A stretch of DNA of 61,793 nucleotides, counting the filler, from Collodictyon triciliatum (taxonomy: Eukaryota): the NCBI GenBank assembly GCA_043381765.1. It is 6 parts of 6 records of this genome, joined end to end, with 100 filler letters (N's around TTAATTAATTAA, not from the genome) between each part and the next. Parts side by side here need not be neighbours in the genome. Positions count along the whole stretch, not along the records: positions 23,396 to 35,227 come from JBHJMP010000640.1; positions 35,328 to 40,756 come from JBHJMP010000641.1; positions 40,857 to 49,176 come from JBHJMP010000643.1; 3 more parts are not named here. One strand, written 5' to 3'. Below, piece by piece: positions 24,585 through 41,019 of this stretch. Position numbers and translations under genes: made by a program. Under the pieces are notes generated by a model. It did no database searches. It worked only from the letters and a program-made list of their open reading frames with translations, and was not told the origin of the DNA. The first letter of the stretch is position 1. Each line of letters opens with the position of its first letter.

Positions 24585-24841
24585 TTTGTCCTCTAAAATA
24601 TATGCCCTGAGTTGTGTGTATAGTGAATAATTTTAAATACTTCGCTCCGCGATACTCCCTTGTTTTTCTATTTTCTTTTACATTTTTCTCATCTATTTTC
24701 CTCTCGAAATCAAATCACCCGCAAAAGATGGTCCTTCGTCTGGCAAAGTCGCTTGCCTTAAGCGAAAGCATTCCCTTGTCAGCGGCTCACATCGAACGCG
24801 TTGTCTCCATCGCCGCGCAGTTTAATCTTGAGTTTCTTTGA
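23613..24841 (+). CDS. AAA+ ATPase, last four exons only (5' part lost at contig join)
   Basis: GIMFLTTNRVTDFDEAFQNRITVALQFDPLD...REKVW and lid LAQYDLNGRQIQ|MVLRLAKSLA...HIERVV; ends EFL*. Confidence 0.85.
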
Positions 24842-25029
24842 GTAAATAAACACGTATCAGACGCCTATCAACATTACAAGTTTGCATTTACAGATATTCA
24901 TTATCAACACCTGTGTTGTTGTACCCCATCATTCTTATAAAAAAAAAGCCCCATTTTATTTTTTTTTTATTTTATTTTTTTTGGCCTGCGCGTTGTTCTG
25001 TTGCAAAGATCACGTCATTCCACCTTTGT

Positions 25030-27710
25030 GAATGGGAACGCGCCAATCTCCGGTTTCTAAATTCGAACATGTTTTCCAGAAAAAGCCTGGCTTTCTCAGA
25101 AAGGAGCCACATCTTTGCGGTCTGTGATTCGGGAATTCTTTTTTCCCATCTTCTTTATTCGCTGAATTCAAGTTGAGCCTATATAAGGCGCATTCTGTGA
25201 ATCGTTCCAGAGAATTCTAATATTCCAGAAATAGGATTATATTTTTCATGCTATATTCCAAGAATTCTATGTTAATTGTGTCTTTGAAACGGTATTGAAT
25301 AACACGTTTTACCAACACCCTTGGCCTTGCTTCCAGCCACATTCTGCGCAAACGCATTTTCCGCTCCTTACATGAGACTGCAACGCCATTTTTGCTTCAA
25401 AACCCGTGATGGAAACCACGACGCCTTAACACAGCTGTCTGTCTTCAATCTAAATACAGATATCTAAATTAGGGTGTCCAAAGTTTGCCGCGATACCCCT
25501 TATCCTCTATTATAAGCTCGGTGTGTTCAAATGCAGATCTTGTCGTCCAATCAGTCTTGTGTGACCTGATTCGAGCGCCATTGTCCGCCTGTTGCACCGC
25601 GGATCAAGAAACCCCAACTGTGATTCGATCAACCAAAAGGAACAGGGTTGCTTCAGAGACTGAGTAACTTGTTCGGAGAGGAGCCTACTTTCTTTTTTCT
25701 TTTCTTTTCTTTTTCTTTTTCTTTTTCTTTTTCTTTTTCTTTTTCTTTTTCTTTTTCTTTTTCTTTTTCTTTTCTTGTTTTCATGTTTTCATGTTTTCAT
25801 GTTAAGGCACAAGTGTGTGTATTCACTCATTTTTTTTAATTATTCACTTATTTTTTTGTTTTGGTTATGTGTTTGTTTATGTATTTGTTTATGTGTTTGT
25901 TTATGTGTTTGTTTATTGTTTGGAATTGCATACCGGGCCGTACGAAAGAGATAAACATCTGCGGTAGTCACTCCATGAGCGTCCCAAGGTCAGCAGAGAG
26001 AAGCACAAAACGATCCAACTCGCTTGGACTGAATGTTTCAGTATGTACACCTGCGCATATCCCAAAACAAAGACTCGTCTTTGGAGTTTAAAATCACACT
26101 TACGGCTTAATTTGCGTAATCTAATCATTATCGATCCATAGAAACTCAGCGATCCGAAGCAACTGGATTTGGTGGAAAGTTGCCTTGCATATTTTGACCA
26201 GGTATTTCTCACTTGTTTTCCGCCTCGTTGCCTAACTTAAATTTACGTTTCTTGATTTGACTTATTGATTCAAACGCGTTGTATATGAGCAAGCATAAAA
26301 AAATAAAATGATAATTGTCATTATGTATGAAGCTAATGATAATGAATTGTTTACACGAAATGACCTTCATCTCAAATATGTTTTATTTTTTTTGTTTTAT
26401 TTTTTTGTTTTATTTTTTGTTTTATTTTTTTNNNNNNNNNNNNNNNNNNNNNNNNNNNNNNNNNNNNNNNNNNNNNNNNNNNNNNNNNNNNNNNNNTTTT
26501 ATTTTTTGTTTTATTTTTTTGTTTTATTTTTTGTTTTATTTTTTGTTTTATTTTTTGTTTTATTTTTTGTTTTATTTTTTGTTTTATTTTTTGTTTTATT
26601 TTTTGGTTGGTGGGAAAAGAAAGGAAGAAGCTGATCGAAAAACAGCTCTGCACGAATCGTAGTGGATGAATGCTTTTACTTGAAGTTGTGAGTTGGGCGA
26701 GTCGATTGGATTGTAAAGTGTTCACATATAGGGCCCTTGTTATGGAGCAACGATCCCACAGGGTTTCAGGGAATAAGCGAAGCATATTCCATTCCTCATA
26801 TACGAGGTCAGGCTTTACGAAAAAAAACAAAAAAACAAAAAAAAGGCTGACGTGCACATATTTAAGTGATTCATAATAAATCAACTCCAGCAGAATGTGA
26901 CACGGCTCAAGAATTTTCCAAAGCAAAAAAAGAGAGAGAGAATGGGTTTGTTGGCAAAGGAGCGAAAGGCGGTTTGTTGCTGTGTGTGTCGACTGAACTC
27001 AAGGACAAATAACAAAGCCGTCAATGTGTAAAATATAAAAACATATAGGATTTCCTCAAGTCCTTCTTGTGAACATTTTATTCTAAACGGATTCTGTTCC
27101 TCCTTTTCCCAGAGTTTTTGCCAGCAGAATATCTTTCCCTGTGATCTGTAGCCACGATGATCAGCGGTTTGATTCAGGCGATCTTGATATTGATTTCGTT
27201 GGTCTCCGCACAGAAAGGCTTCCGAAGCGATAAGGCAAATGTTCCAGAAAGGCGAAAGGAAATCCAAATTTGTGCTATTGACATTGAATGTGATGAATAG
27301 ATGGTTATAACATTATGGGTTTCAATTGGTGTTTAAATTTTTTGCCTTCCTGTTTTGTGGTGACTCTCTCAAATGTGGAAAAGGGAAGAAAGTCGATGTT
27401 CATCAGGACTCCAGCAGCCTCGAAAAAAAAAAAGATGAAAGTCAATTGGCTGCGGGTATATGCGCGTGCCTACGAAGGATAAAACTTGTTGGGGAATGTC
27501 TCTGAGGCGGACTGAGCAATCTTTGTCGCTGAAGACTACGGTTTTTAATCAAATTCTTTTTCACAGTATGTCAGCCACAAACTGTCGGTTTAGACGCACC
27601 GTCCCTGGAAGTGAGCTTGGCCACACACAAAGACCACCAACGCTGTCCAAGTCCAAGTTCTCCATAATTTCATATGCTAGTTGTAACTAGACTCCAATTC
27701 TCTTGGCTTG
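25030..27710 (-). pseudogene. Decayed multi-exon gene of unknown family, possible F-box-like N-terminus
   Basis: Protein-like frames broken by isolated stops: GV*LQLAYEIMENLDLDSVGGLCV...ADIL*KRI*LKTVVF; LRIAEFLWIDND*ITQIK; DLGTLME*LPQMFISF; VGVS*SAVQQADNGARI; residual GT/AG sites. Confidence 0.4.
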
Positions 27711-28114
27711 TTGGCGCATAAAAAATCACCCGTTCGAATGTAGTATGTTTTCTTTTCTTTTCTTTTCTTGACTTGTCAGCTTTTAAGCCTCGATTTTTGC
27801 AGATGCTACCCTAGAAAAGCTGTCCTTGACCAGCACCACCATAGATATCGCTGTGGGGATGTAGTTTAATTCGATTAAAAGGCGCTGTACGGAAGGAAGA
27901 ATAGATAAGGATAGCAAACTGGGATAAAAAAATTCGTGAGATGTGGATGGATATTGTGGCATGGATAGAGGCGGACGCCAGGTTGCTTCATAGTGGATGC
28001 AGTTAGAGATAGAAAAGAGAAAAGCACTGACGCGGCATTAATGAGAATGGCAAATGATAAGAAATGGATATATGAAAATATTAATAGGTATATAATGCGG
28101 TCTTTGCCCGCACA

Positions 28115-28152
<38 letters not shown>

Positions 28153-28465
28153 AAAGGGGAAAAAAAAAAAAAAAAAAAAAAAAAAGCGGAGATAGCAAAA
28201 GAGGCGTCAAATGAAAGAGAGTTGTGTGCCCCAAAAAAAAAACTGTTGTGTGGTTCTGGGAGACATTTGTTGAAATTGCTATCTATAGTTAAAAAAACCC
28301 GGTTTAATACATAGACGATAAAAAATAAAAATCGAAAAATCTAAATACCCAGACGCTTGGATACATAGCGCCAATTAATTTGAAGACGTAGTTTACATAA
28401 TGGAAAATTTGGCAAATGGAAAATCAAAAAGAAAGTACCTATATAATGAGCCATCAGGAAATCTT

Positions 28466-31090
28466 TTAATTTTCTGATGATGGACTGGAGTTGTAATCAA
28501 TCCCCATGATGGTATCTGGATGAATAAAGCCGATTTGCCCAGGCTCGACCTCGTTCAATCCAGTTTGTATCGCATCAGTCGTGAGGGAGATACGTGGTTG
28601 CACTGGGGCGCTCTTCTTGAATGACTATCGCAATTTATAATGACGGCATGAATAACTATGTTAATTGCAATTTTTCATTGGACAAATAGTTATCTTAATT
28701 ACAAAGAAGTATAAATTCCATACGTGTAGTTTGTTTATAAAGCAGAATGCGCGAGAGGCTGGCTGGTCAATTCCTCGGTACGATACATTTGCACCAAGAC
28801 GAAAGAGCCGGAGGCATATATCACACTCATGGACATGTCTCCTCCAATGCTGGTTGCAAGCTTTATCATAACAGCAAATGTGCTTTTAAAAATGTATATT
28901 TTTTTTGGTAATAATTGAATATGCTCTCCATGTGTATTTAAATTATCCTGCGATATTCGTAGAGAAAGAATAAAGAACACGATATCAATTCTTTGTGAAC
29001 CACCAAAAGACAAACCATTACACACTGGGGTCTCTGCACCGAGATACCTAAACACTCGCTTTTTTTCTAGTCCACATCCTCCGCATATTTTTGGCCCAGC
29101 AGTATCTGAACGAGGCCCGATGGTGACTTCGTGGAATATGTGCCTCTTAGGGGTGGAAACTGCGTTGCAAAAAAAATTTAGAGGGATAAGGATGAGAAAA
29201 AAAAACGTGGTTAGGCGTTTAATGTAAGTGAGCTTTCGTGATTTTTATGAGAAATCCTTCTCTTCTTTTTTTTAAATAATCAAGATGGAAAGGAAGAGAA
29301 GAAAGTCACGGTGAGCTTGTCAGAGATTGAATAAAAAGTGACCAACCTGACTGTGGTATGGAAGTTGGTTCGTTTTCCTGACTTGCGATGGAATCGTATG
29401 AAGCTGATTGCATGTGAAAAATAGATGTGGTCTGGGTATGTTCTGGCATAGAATTGAAGCCGTCAAAAGACTCAAAGGAATGTCTTTGGTCAAGGGCTTC
29501 AGGTGGATAGGTTTGGAGGGTAACTTCCTGAAGCGATGACGACAGCATTGATATGTGTTTGGTGTGGCTCTGAGTACGGGTCATTGTCCCTTGATCATAA
29601 ACAGACTCTATAAAGACAGGAATGTTGATATTTGAATTAAAAATCATTCATTTTGTAAGGATAACCAGAATAGATGCTGGTATAAAATAACAAAACCATT
29701 ACTTTCATATGTGTCATCAATAATGTCCGTAGATTCATGTTGGAGATCGTCAGCGTTTTGGAAGGCGCTATATCCATGCGAAGCAAACTGGCCTATTCAA
29801 TTCGGGTTAGGGTTATATGAGGAGGAGGAGAGGGAGGGGAAATAGAATAGAAGATCATGTGTATCATACGCGTTAACAGTAATATATAAACCCCCTACCA
29901 TCGTTCTCGGCCCAGTTCAGATCATCACCGGCAGAGGCATTCTACGAATGGAATTTATTACTATCTTATAAGTTCAAGAAGAAAAGCACTAAAGGCAAGG
30001 ATGTCTTTTTCTGTTTTCTTTTAGTTCGTCTTTTATACCCTCAACAACATAAATATATTTAATTTGCAGGAAGATATTGGCAAAGTAAGGACAAGGAAAT
30101 AGAGCGAACAGCTTAACCACATACTCTCTTGATACCAGCGGAGGCCATGGCCGGAGATGAGGACAAAGGAGAAGTAGGGGTTCCCAGCCAAGACGCAGGG
30201 ATTGGCGCATGATAGGACCCAGAGCCATAAAACCTCTGCACCAAATCCCGATTAAACACAAGAAAGAGAGAGACACACACAGCACATTCATACTTCACCT
30301 CCAATATACGTTCCTTCATGCACACACGCACACATACATAGATGCATTCCAAAGCCCGATTGCCAATCACGAAAACAGGTTATGTGACTTGAGAAAGAGT
30401 CGCAACGGAGGAAAGGCAGGCAGGCAGGGCGGTCAAGAAACAAACAAGACAAACCTCGAGCGAATAAGGAATCCTCTGCGGCCGCGGGATACGAGGATGC
30501 GTCGAAGGGAGCGCATGGAAGGAGCGCACTCGTTGAATGCGGGAGGAATCCGGGGCGGCTGGAGAGCGGGCGAGCGGCCGGGCCAAGGGGCGGGGGTCGT
30601 GGGCCGGGACGTAGACGTAGGGGCTGTGGTCTGCGGGGGCGGAGGCCTCGAGGCTGTCTGGGCAGGAGACGGGGCGGTGCAGCGGGGCGCGTGCGTTTGT
30701 ATATGTGTATGTGTATGTGTATGTGTATGTGTGCGGAGGCTGCGGCCGGTGGAACGTCTCGTGGCGCAGGCGCTGTGTGGCCGCGGCCGGCAGCAGTTGC
30801 TGGGACGTCAGGCACCACCGCAGCAGCGTCTGCCGGTCCCACGTCCCCGGGTCCTCCGGATCCGCCCCCGTGCGGTGGGCTGCGTGCAGGGCCGCGGGCA
30901 CCGGGATCGGCGTGGACCGTCCTCCCCATCCTTCTCTTTCCCCTCCTTCTCTTTCTCTTTCTCTTTGTGAGGCTCCGCAGTCGTCCTCTCCTCCGGGGCG
31001 GCTCTCTGGCTCGCACTCTCTCTCGCCTCCGTATTCGCCGTGCTCGTCCTCGAATCGGAAGAAGCCAGGATCCGGGTTCGTTTGGTGCAT
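28466..31090 (-). CDS. Uncharacterised, largely disordered protein with a C-terminal Cys/His cluster; 8 exons
   Basis: Exons splice in frame from MHQTNPDP to ...IDYNSSPSSEN*; motif CGGCGLEKSECL|ACNQHWRRHVHECDIC spans an intron. Confidence 0.65.
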
Positions 31091-31249
31091 TTTGTTGGTG
31101 TTACTGATGCTGCTGCTGTATATGTTGCTGCTTGGTTTTCTGGTCTCTTTTTACTACTGTGGAGAGAATCGTTGTTGTTGTTTTGTTTTGTTTTTTGTGT
31201 TTCTAGTTTCACGGTGTTTAAATGGCGCTTTTATGGTGTTTCTTTTTTG

Positions 31250-31760
31250 TTATTGCTTTTTTTATTGCTTTTTTATTGCTTTTTTTATTGCTTTTTTATT
31301 GCTTTTTTTATTGCTTTTTTTATTGCTTTTTTATTGCTTTTTTTATTGCTTTTTTTATTGCTTTTTTTATTGCTTTTTTATTGCTTTTTTATTGCTTTTT
31401 TATTGCTTTTTTTATTGCTTTTTTTATTGCTTTTTTTATTGCTTTTTTATTGCTTTTTTTTATTGCTTTTTTTTATTGCTTTTTTTTATTGCTTTTTTTA
31501 TTGCTTTTTTTTANNNNNNNNNNNNNNNNNNNNNNNNNNNNNNNNNNNNNNNNNNNNNNNNNNNNNNNNNNNNNNNNNNNNNNNNNNNNNNNNNNNNNNN
31601 NNNNNNNNNNNNNTTGTTTTATTTTTTTGTTTTATTTTTTTGTTTTATTTTTTTGTTTTATTTTTTTGTTTTATTTTTTTTGTTTTATTTTTTTTGTTTT
31701 ATTTTTTTGTTTTATTTTTTTGTTTTATTTTTGTGTTTTATTTTGTGTTTTATTTTGTTC
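31250..31760. repeat. (TTTTTTATTGC)n, N gap, (TTTTATTTTTTG)n
   Basis: Visible tandem repeats around a 100-N gap. Confidence 0.9.
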
Positions 31761-31968
31761 TTTGTTGAAGGCACCACCAAATCCGCCAACACTTGCAGCA
31801 GATTTAAACCCTGTTCAAATATCAAAGTAATATCTTGTCACATTTGCGTCTCAAACCCATTGTGCATATGTCATCGTCTTTTTCTTTTTTTATTAATTCA
31901 CTACAATTAATCATTCATCTAACTTTAGTTGAAATATTTAATAAATAATCAATCCTATATCTAAGAAA

Positions 31969-34900
31969 TTGTCTCCACTAATGCCGTGTTTCAACCATCC
32001 GTTTGTATTTGTGGCTTGCAGAATGCATATGGCTGTCAACCAACTCAAGTTTCTTTTGCATGCACGGATTGTCCAAATAGCCCCCCACGAAGAAATGTCA
32101 TGTCCAACCCACAAGTCAAAGCATCTCGTTGATTCTTTTGTCCAGACCGAGGCTTTTGACAGCGTTGTGCCAGCTTTTCCTGTGAATCTCCAGAAAGGAG
32201 GGGAACCCACGCCCAAGAAGAAGAAATGCGAGGCCCTCAGGAAGAGAATTGTAGGGAACCCCGGCCGACTGCCCTTTCTTCTTTTAAAATATCATCCGTT
32301 CAGCTTTATGCTACGTGCTCCCACTTTTTATATCTCGACGAGCCTCGGCTTCACATTCCATTATTTATAGGATGACAGTGACGATGATGACTCATCAGCT
32401 TCCCACAAAAAGGCGAAATTTACGCAGCGCCTAAACGAGAACAAAAAGGAATCATATGTGAATAATTCTCCGATATGTTATCAATCGCATTTGTTTTTTC
32501 TTCCTTTTTTTTCTATTTGGTATCCTGGTTCGGCATGTTCGTTTCATTTATCATCGCGTTGTCCTAATATATACTTTGGATAACAATCGTGATTCTTATA
32601 TACAGGTTGATGCTTCGGAGCCAATCCAAAATCAGACACCCGAGGTCGCTATAAAGTATGTGCTAGATATATTAATATTTATAAACAAAGGTAATATATA
32701 TCAATGTTGCATATATTTTATTCAAGCGAGTGATTTAATCTATAATGCTAATAATATTTTTAATCGATCCCTGTTTTTTTGTAAAATAATAGGAAAACCT
32801 CCTCAAAGTCGACCAGCAACACTCGACGTTCTGCATCGCAAAGTCATCATCTCATATCGAAATAGCAATATTTCTTCATGTTTTTATATATGCTGCCGCA
32901 ACATACAACCTTTAAAAGAACACGTAGATGATGGTTTGTTTTCTTTTATGGTTATACACTCAACATATCAATATAGAATTCAAGGGAAAGTTGGTTTTTC
33001 AATACGACAAAGTATATGGAGGGCACGAAGAGCTTTCCTTTGAAGAAATACGTTTGCATACGTGGGCCCCTATTCCCAAAGAGACATCAGTCTCTTCACC
33101 TCAACCGCGCTCTCGCTCTTCATTACTCTCGGAGAGAACTACCAAGTCAAAGCTATCGGCAACCTCTATCCCGCCTGTGATGGCAGATATCTCAAATGTT
33201 GTTGAAAGTCCTCAAGAATTATATTGTTTAACACCTGCTGGGCCAATAGGTTGGCATTATATTTTAATAAATAGTAGTCTATTTTACTTTTGTATATTTT
33301 CTTAATTTCATACTTGAATAAAACTGTACTTTCTGTAACACTTAAGACATGGGTCCTGTTCTCGACGCCCTTCAAGATTCTGTCGAATACCTAATGAATA
33401 GCATTGCCGCACCAACTTACTCAACTGCTGCAGCTGATGAAGAGACAAAACAATCGCGACAGCGAATCAGGCCACTGTCATCACGCCACGACGAATCTGC
33501 AGACGAGAATTTATACGACCTTACCTCTGACAACGAAGAAACTACCATGACAAACTCAAACTCTACCACAAATTCAAATGCTACTGTCACAGCAGCCAGT
33601 ACAAAGGACTCTCGAAAGAACGCTCCCCTTCCAATCATCGCACCAAGTTCACCAAAAGGAGTGCACACTGCTGTCGTGAATCCCCCACCAAAAGAAACAC
33701 ACACTGTTGTCGTGAATCCCCCACCAAAAGAAATACCCACTGCTGTTGTGAACCATCCGCCAAAGGATAAGTCTTCTTTCGTATCGGTCTTTTCTGCTTC
33801 AGAGACAAAAAAGTGTGTAGAGAAAGCCAGAACATGGCTCGACACTCCCCACGGTCGTGCAGCTGGCTATGTTGGACACGAGAAGGATGCGCCAGAGATT
33901 TCGTTCAGCAGGCTCGACGTTGGCCCATCTTTGTCCCTTGGTTTGAATTTATAGAAGAAAGTTATTCAATATTTGTTCCCATGCTACGTCGAACAGATTA
34001 CAGCAAATACTATTTTATTATTTATTTATTTTTTTGCTTTGCTTTGCTTTATTTTTTTATTTTTTATTTTTTTTTTTGCTTTGCTTTGCTTTGCTTTGCT
34101 TTGCTTTGCTTTGCTTTGCAAATTGTCATTAAATTTTAAGAGATACTTTCAATAATATGCATTTTTTTATGTCAGGCGACCTCGAATTCCAACGAGTCAA
34201 GTTATTGGGTTCGGGTGGATATGCCAAAGTTTACTCTGCAATAAATGAATCAAATGAGAAGGCAGTCGCACTGAAGGTATGAAAATTATAAGAATCATCT
34301 CATCTTTGAAAAACAGCACAATTTATGTTTATGCTTTCTTGATGATTTGTTCGTATTTCTGGATATAAAATTCTCAAAATAGAGTCTGCTGATTTACTCT
34401 GGTATTACTTTCTTTTCTTTTCTTTTTCTTCTTGAAGGTGCAATCCACTGGTGGCTGTTGGGAGTTTTATTTATCCAATTTGATTATAAAAAGGGTTCCT
34501 CCGGCGATGGTATGTTGATATTTCTTTCTTAACTATACCACAAACCTATTTTTACATGATACATCTAGAGCGCTCTATTATAAATCACAGTCAACTGTTT
34601 ATTTATCTATGTCAATCCAGGGGAAATGCTTTATGAGAGGGCGCCAGATTCACCAAATGCCTTCAGGCTCAGTTATTGTTTCTGATTTGAATAATATGGG
34701 AACTTTACAGGTTTTCTTTTTTCTTTTTCTTTTTCTTATTTCTCATTCCTTTTTTCTTTTTTTCTTTTTTTCTTTTTTCTTTTTTCTTTTTTCTTTTTTC
34801 TTTTTTCTTTTTTCTTTTTTCTTTTTTCTTTTTTCTTTTCATTCTGGCTGTATTATTTGCCATGGCTTTATCTCTACGACATTGATGTATTTACTTCCGT

Positions 34901-35227
34901 CACTGCCTTTTGTGTTTGAAAGCTTAATATTACAAACGAACACCATTAGAACCTGATCAACTTGCATTTACACAATGACACTTTCATCGATGAATCCGTC
35001 GTTTTATTTTATGCCATCGAAATCGTGCGAATCATTTCAACGCTTCACCAAGCAGACATCCTCCATGCCGATGTCAAACCTGATAACTTTCTAATCAGGA
35101 AAAGTGAAAGGTAAAAATCATCATCCCAATTCATAGACATGTATGTGAAGAATATTAGCCCACTTGAAATTTGTCTATTTACTTCTTTTTTTTTTTTTTT
35201 TTTTAGTTCTTCAAAGCTTACACATGT
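31969..35227 (+). CDS. BUB1: Bub1/MadBub spindle-checkpoint kinase, partial (5' end uncertain, 3' end cut by contig join)
   Basis: GLEBS-like QYDKVYGGHEELSFEEIR (~33000-33055); kinase LGSGGYAKVY, VALK|VQSTGGCWEFYL, MGTLQ|NLIN, VLFYAIEIVRIISTLHQADILHADVKPDNFLI. Confidence 0.85.
33664..33768 (+). repeat. Coding 36-bp tandem repeat x3 (HTAVVNPPPKET-like) in Bub1
   Basis: HTAVVNPPPKET / HTVVVNPPPKEI / PTAVVNHPPKD. Confidence 0.9.
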
Positions 35228-35818
35228 NNNNNNNNNNNNNNNNNNNNNNNNNNNNNNNNNNNNNNNNNNNNTTAATTAATTAANNNNNNNNNNNNNNNNN
35301 NNNNNNNNNNNNNNNNNNNNNNNNNNNTTTTATTCTTTTTTATTCTTTTTTATTCTTTTTTATTCTTTTTTATTCTTTTTTATTCTTTTTTATTCTTTTT
35401 TATTCTTTTTTATTCTTTTTTATTCTTTTTATTGTTCTACATCTTTCTTTTTTAAAGCTCTTATTAACATTTGTTGGTAAAACAGACGGAGTGGGGATTT
35501 GGATAGTATTACCAGGGCAAGTCATTTTCACAAAAACACATGTATAGTGCACGGTGCTAAAATACTTGCAGACTTTTGCTCACACATCCAATCTGCGGTG
35601 AGTTATTTTGAAAATGATAATATTATGATAAAACTTGCATCGATTTGATGCAGTTCGATCTTGCATCTGTATATGTATATATATACAGCTCGCTTCCGAT
35701 ACTTGTCATTTTTCCAACCACGTTGTGTGGCCCTCGTGCGCATATTTTATGTTTTGATGCTTCATGAACTATACCAGTGTTTTTTATCTTGCTTTACAAT
35801 GGCTCTTTTTTTCAATTT

Positions 35819-40539
<4,721 letters not shown>

Positions 40540-41019
40540 CTCGCTGCGCCAGAGGGAAGCTATGTGCAGTTGTATTTGAGTCAGTCTTTTTGTTTTATTC
40601 TGTGTTTTTTTGTGTTTTTTGTGTTTTTTTGTGTTTTTTTGTGTTTCTTTGTGTTTCTTTGTGTTTTTTGTGTTTTTTGTGTTTTTTGTGTTTTTTGTGT
40701 TTTTTGTGTTTTTTGTGTTTTTTGTGTTTTTTGTGTTTTTTGTGTTTTTTGTGTTTNNNNNNNNNNNNNNNNNNNNNNNNNNNNNNNNNNNNNNNNNNNN
40801 TTAATTAATTAANNNNNNNNNNNNNNNNNNNNNNNNNNNNNNNNNNNNNNNNNNNNAAACAAAAAAACAAAAAAAACAAAAAAACAAAAAAACAAAAAAA
40901 CAAAAAAACAAAAAAACAAAAAAACAAAAAACATAAAACATAAAACAAAAAAGAAAAAAGAAAAAAGAAAAAATAAAGGAATAGGTGTGTCGCCTTCTTC
41001 AGTAGGGTAGCTAATCTCG

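Noticed and set aside
14540-27710. Alternative genetic code or stop readthrough to explain in-frame TGA/TAG
   Set aside because: Intact genes end with TAA, TAG and TGA and have no internal stops; the LRR-kinase region also has frameshifts and a lost catalytic Asp.
35486-35770. Small + strand exon-like pieces with a possible GC donor (GG|GCAAGT at 35517)
   Set aside because: Follow a contig join, give no recognisable protein, and cannot be assigned to Bub1.
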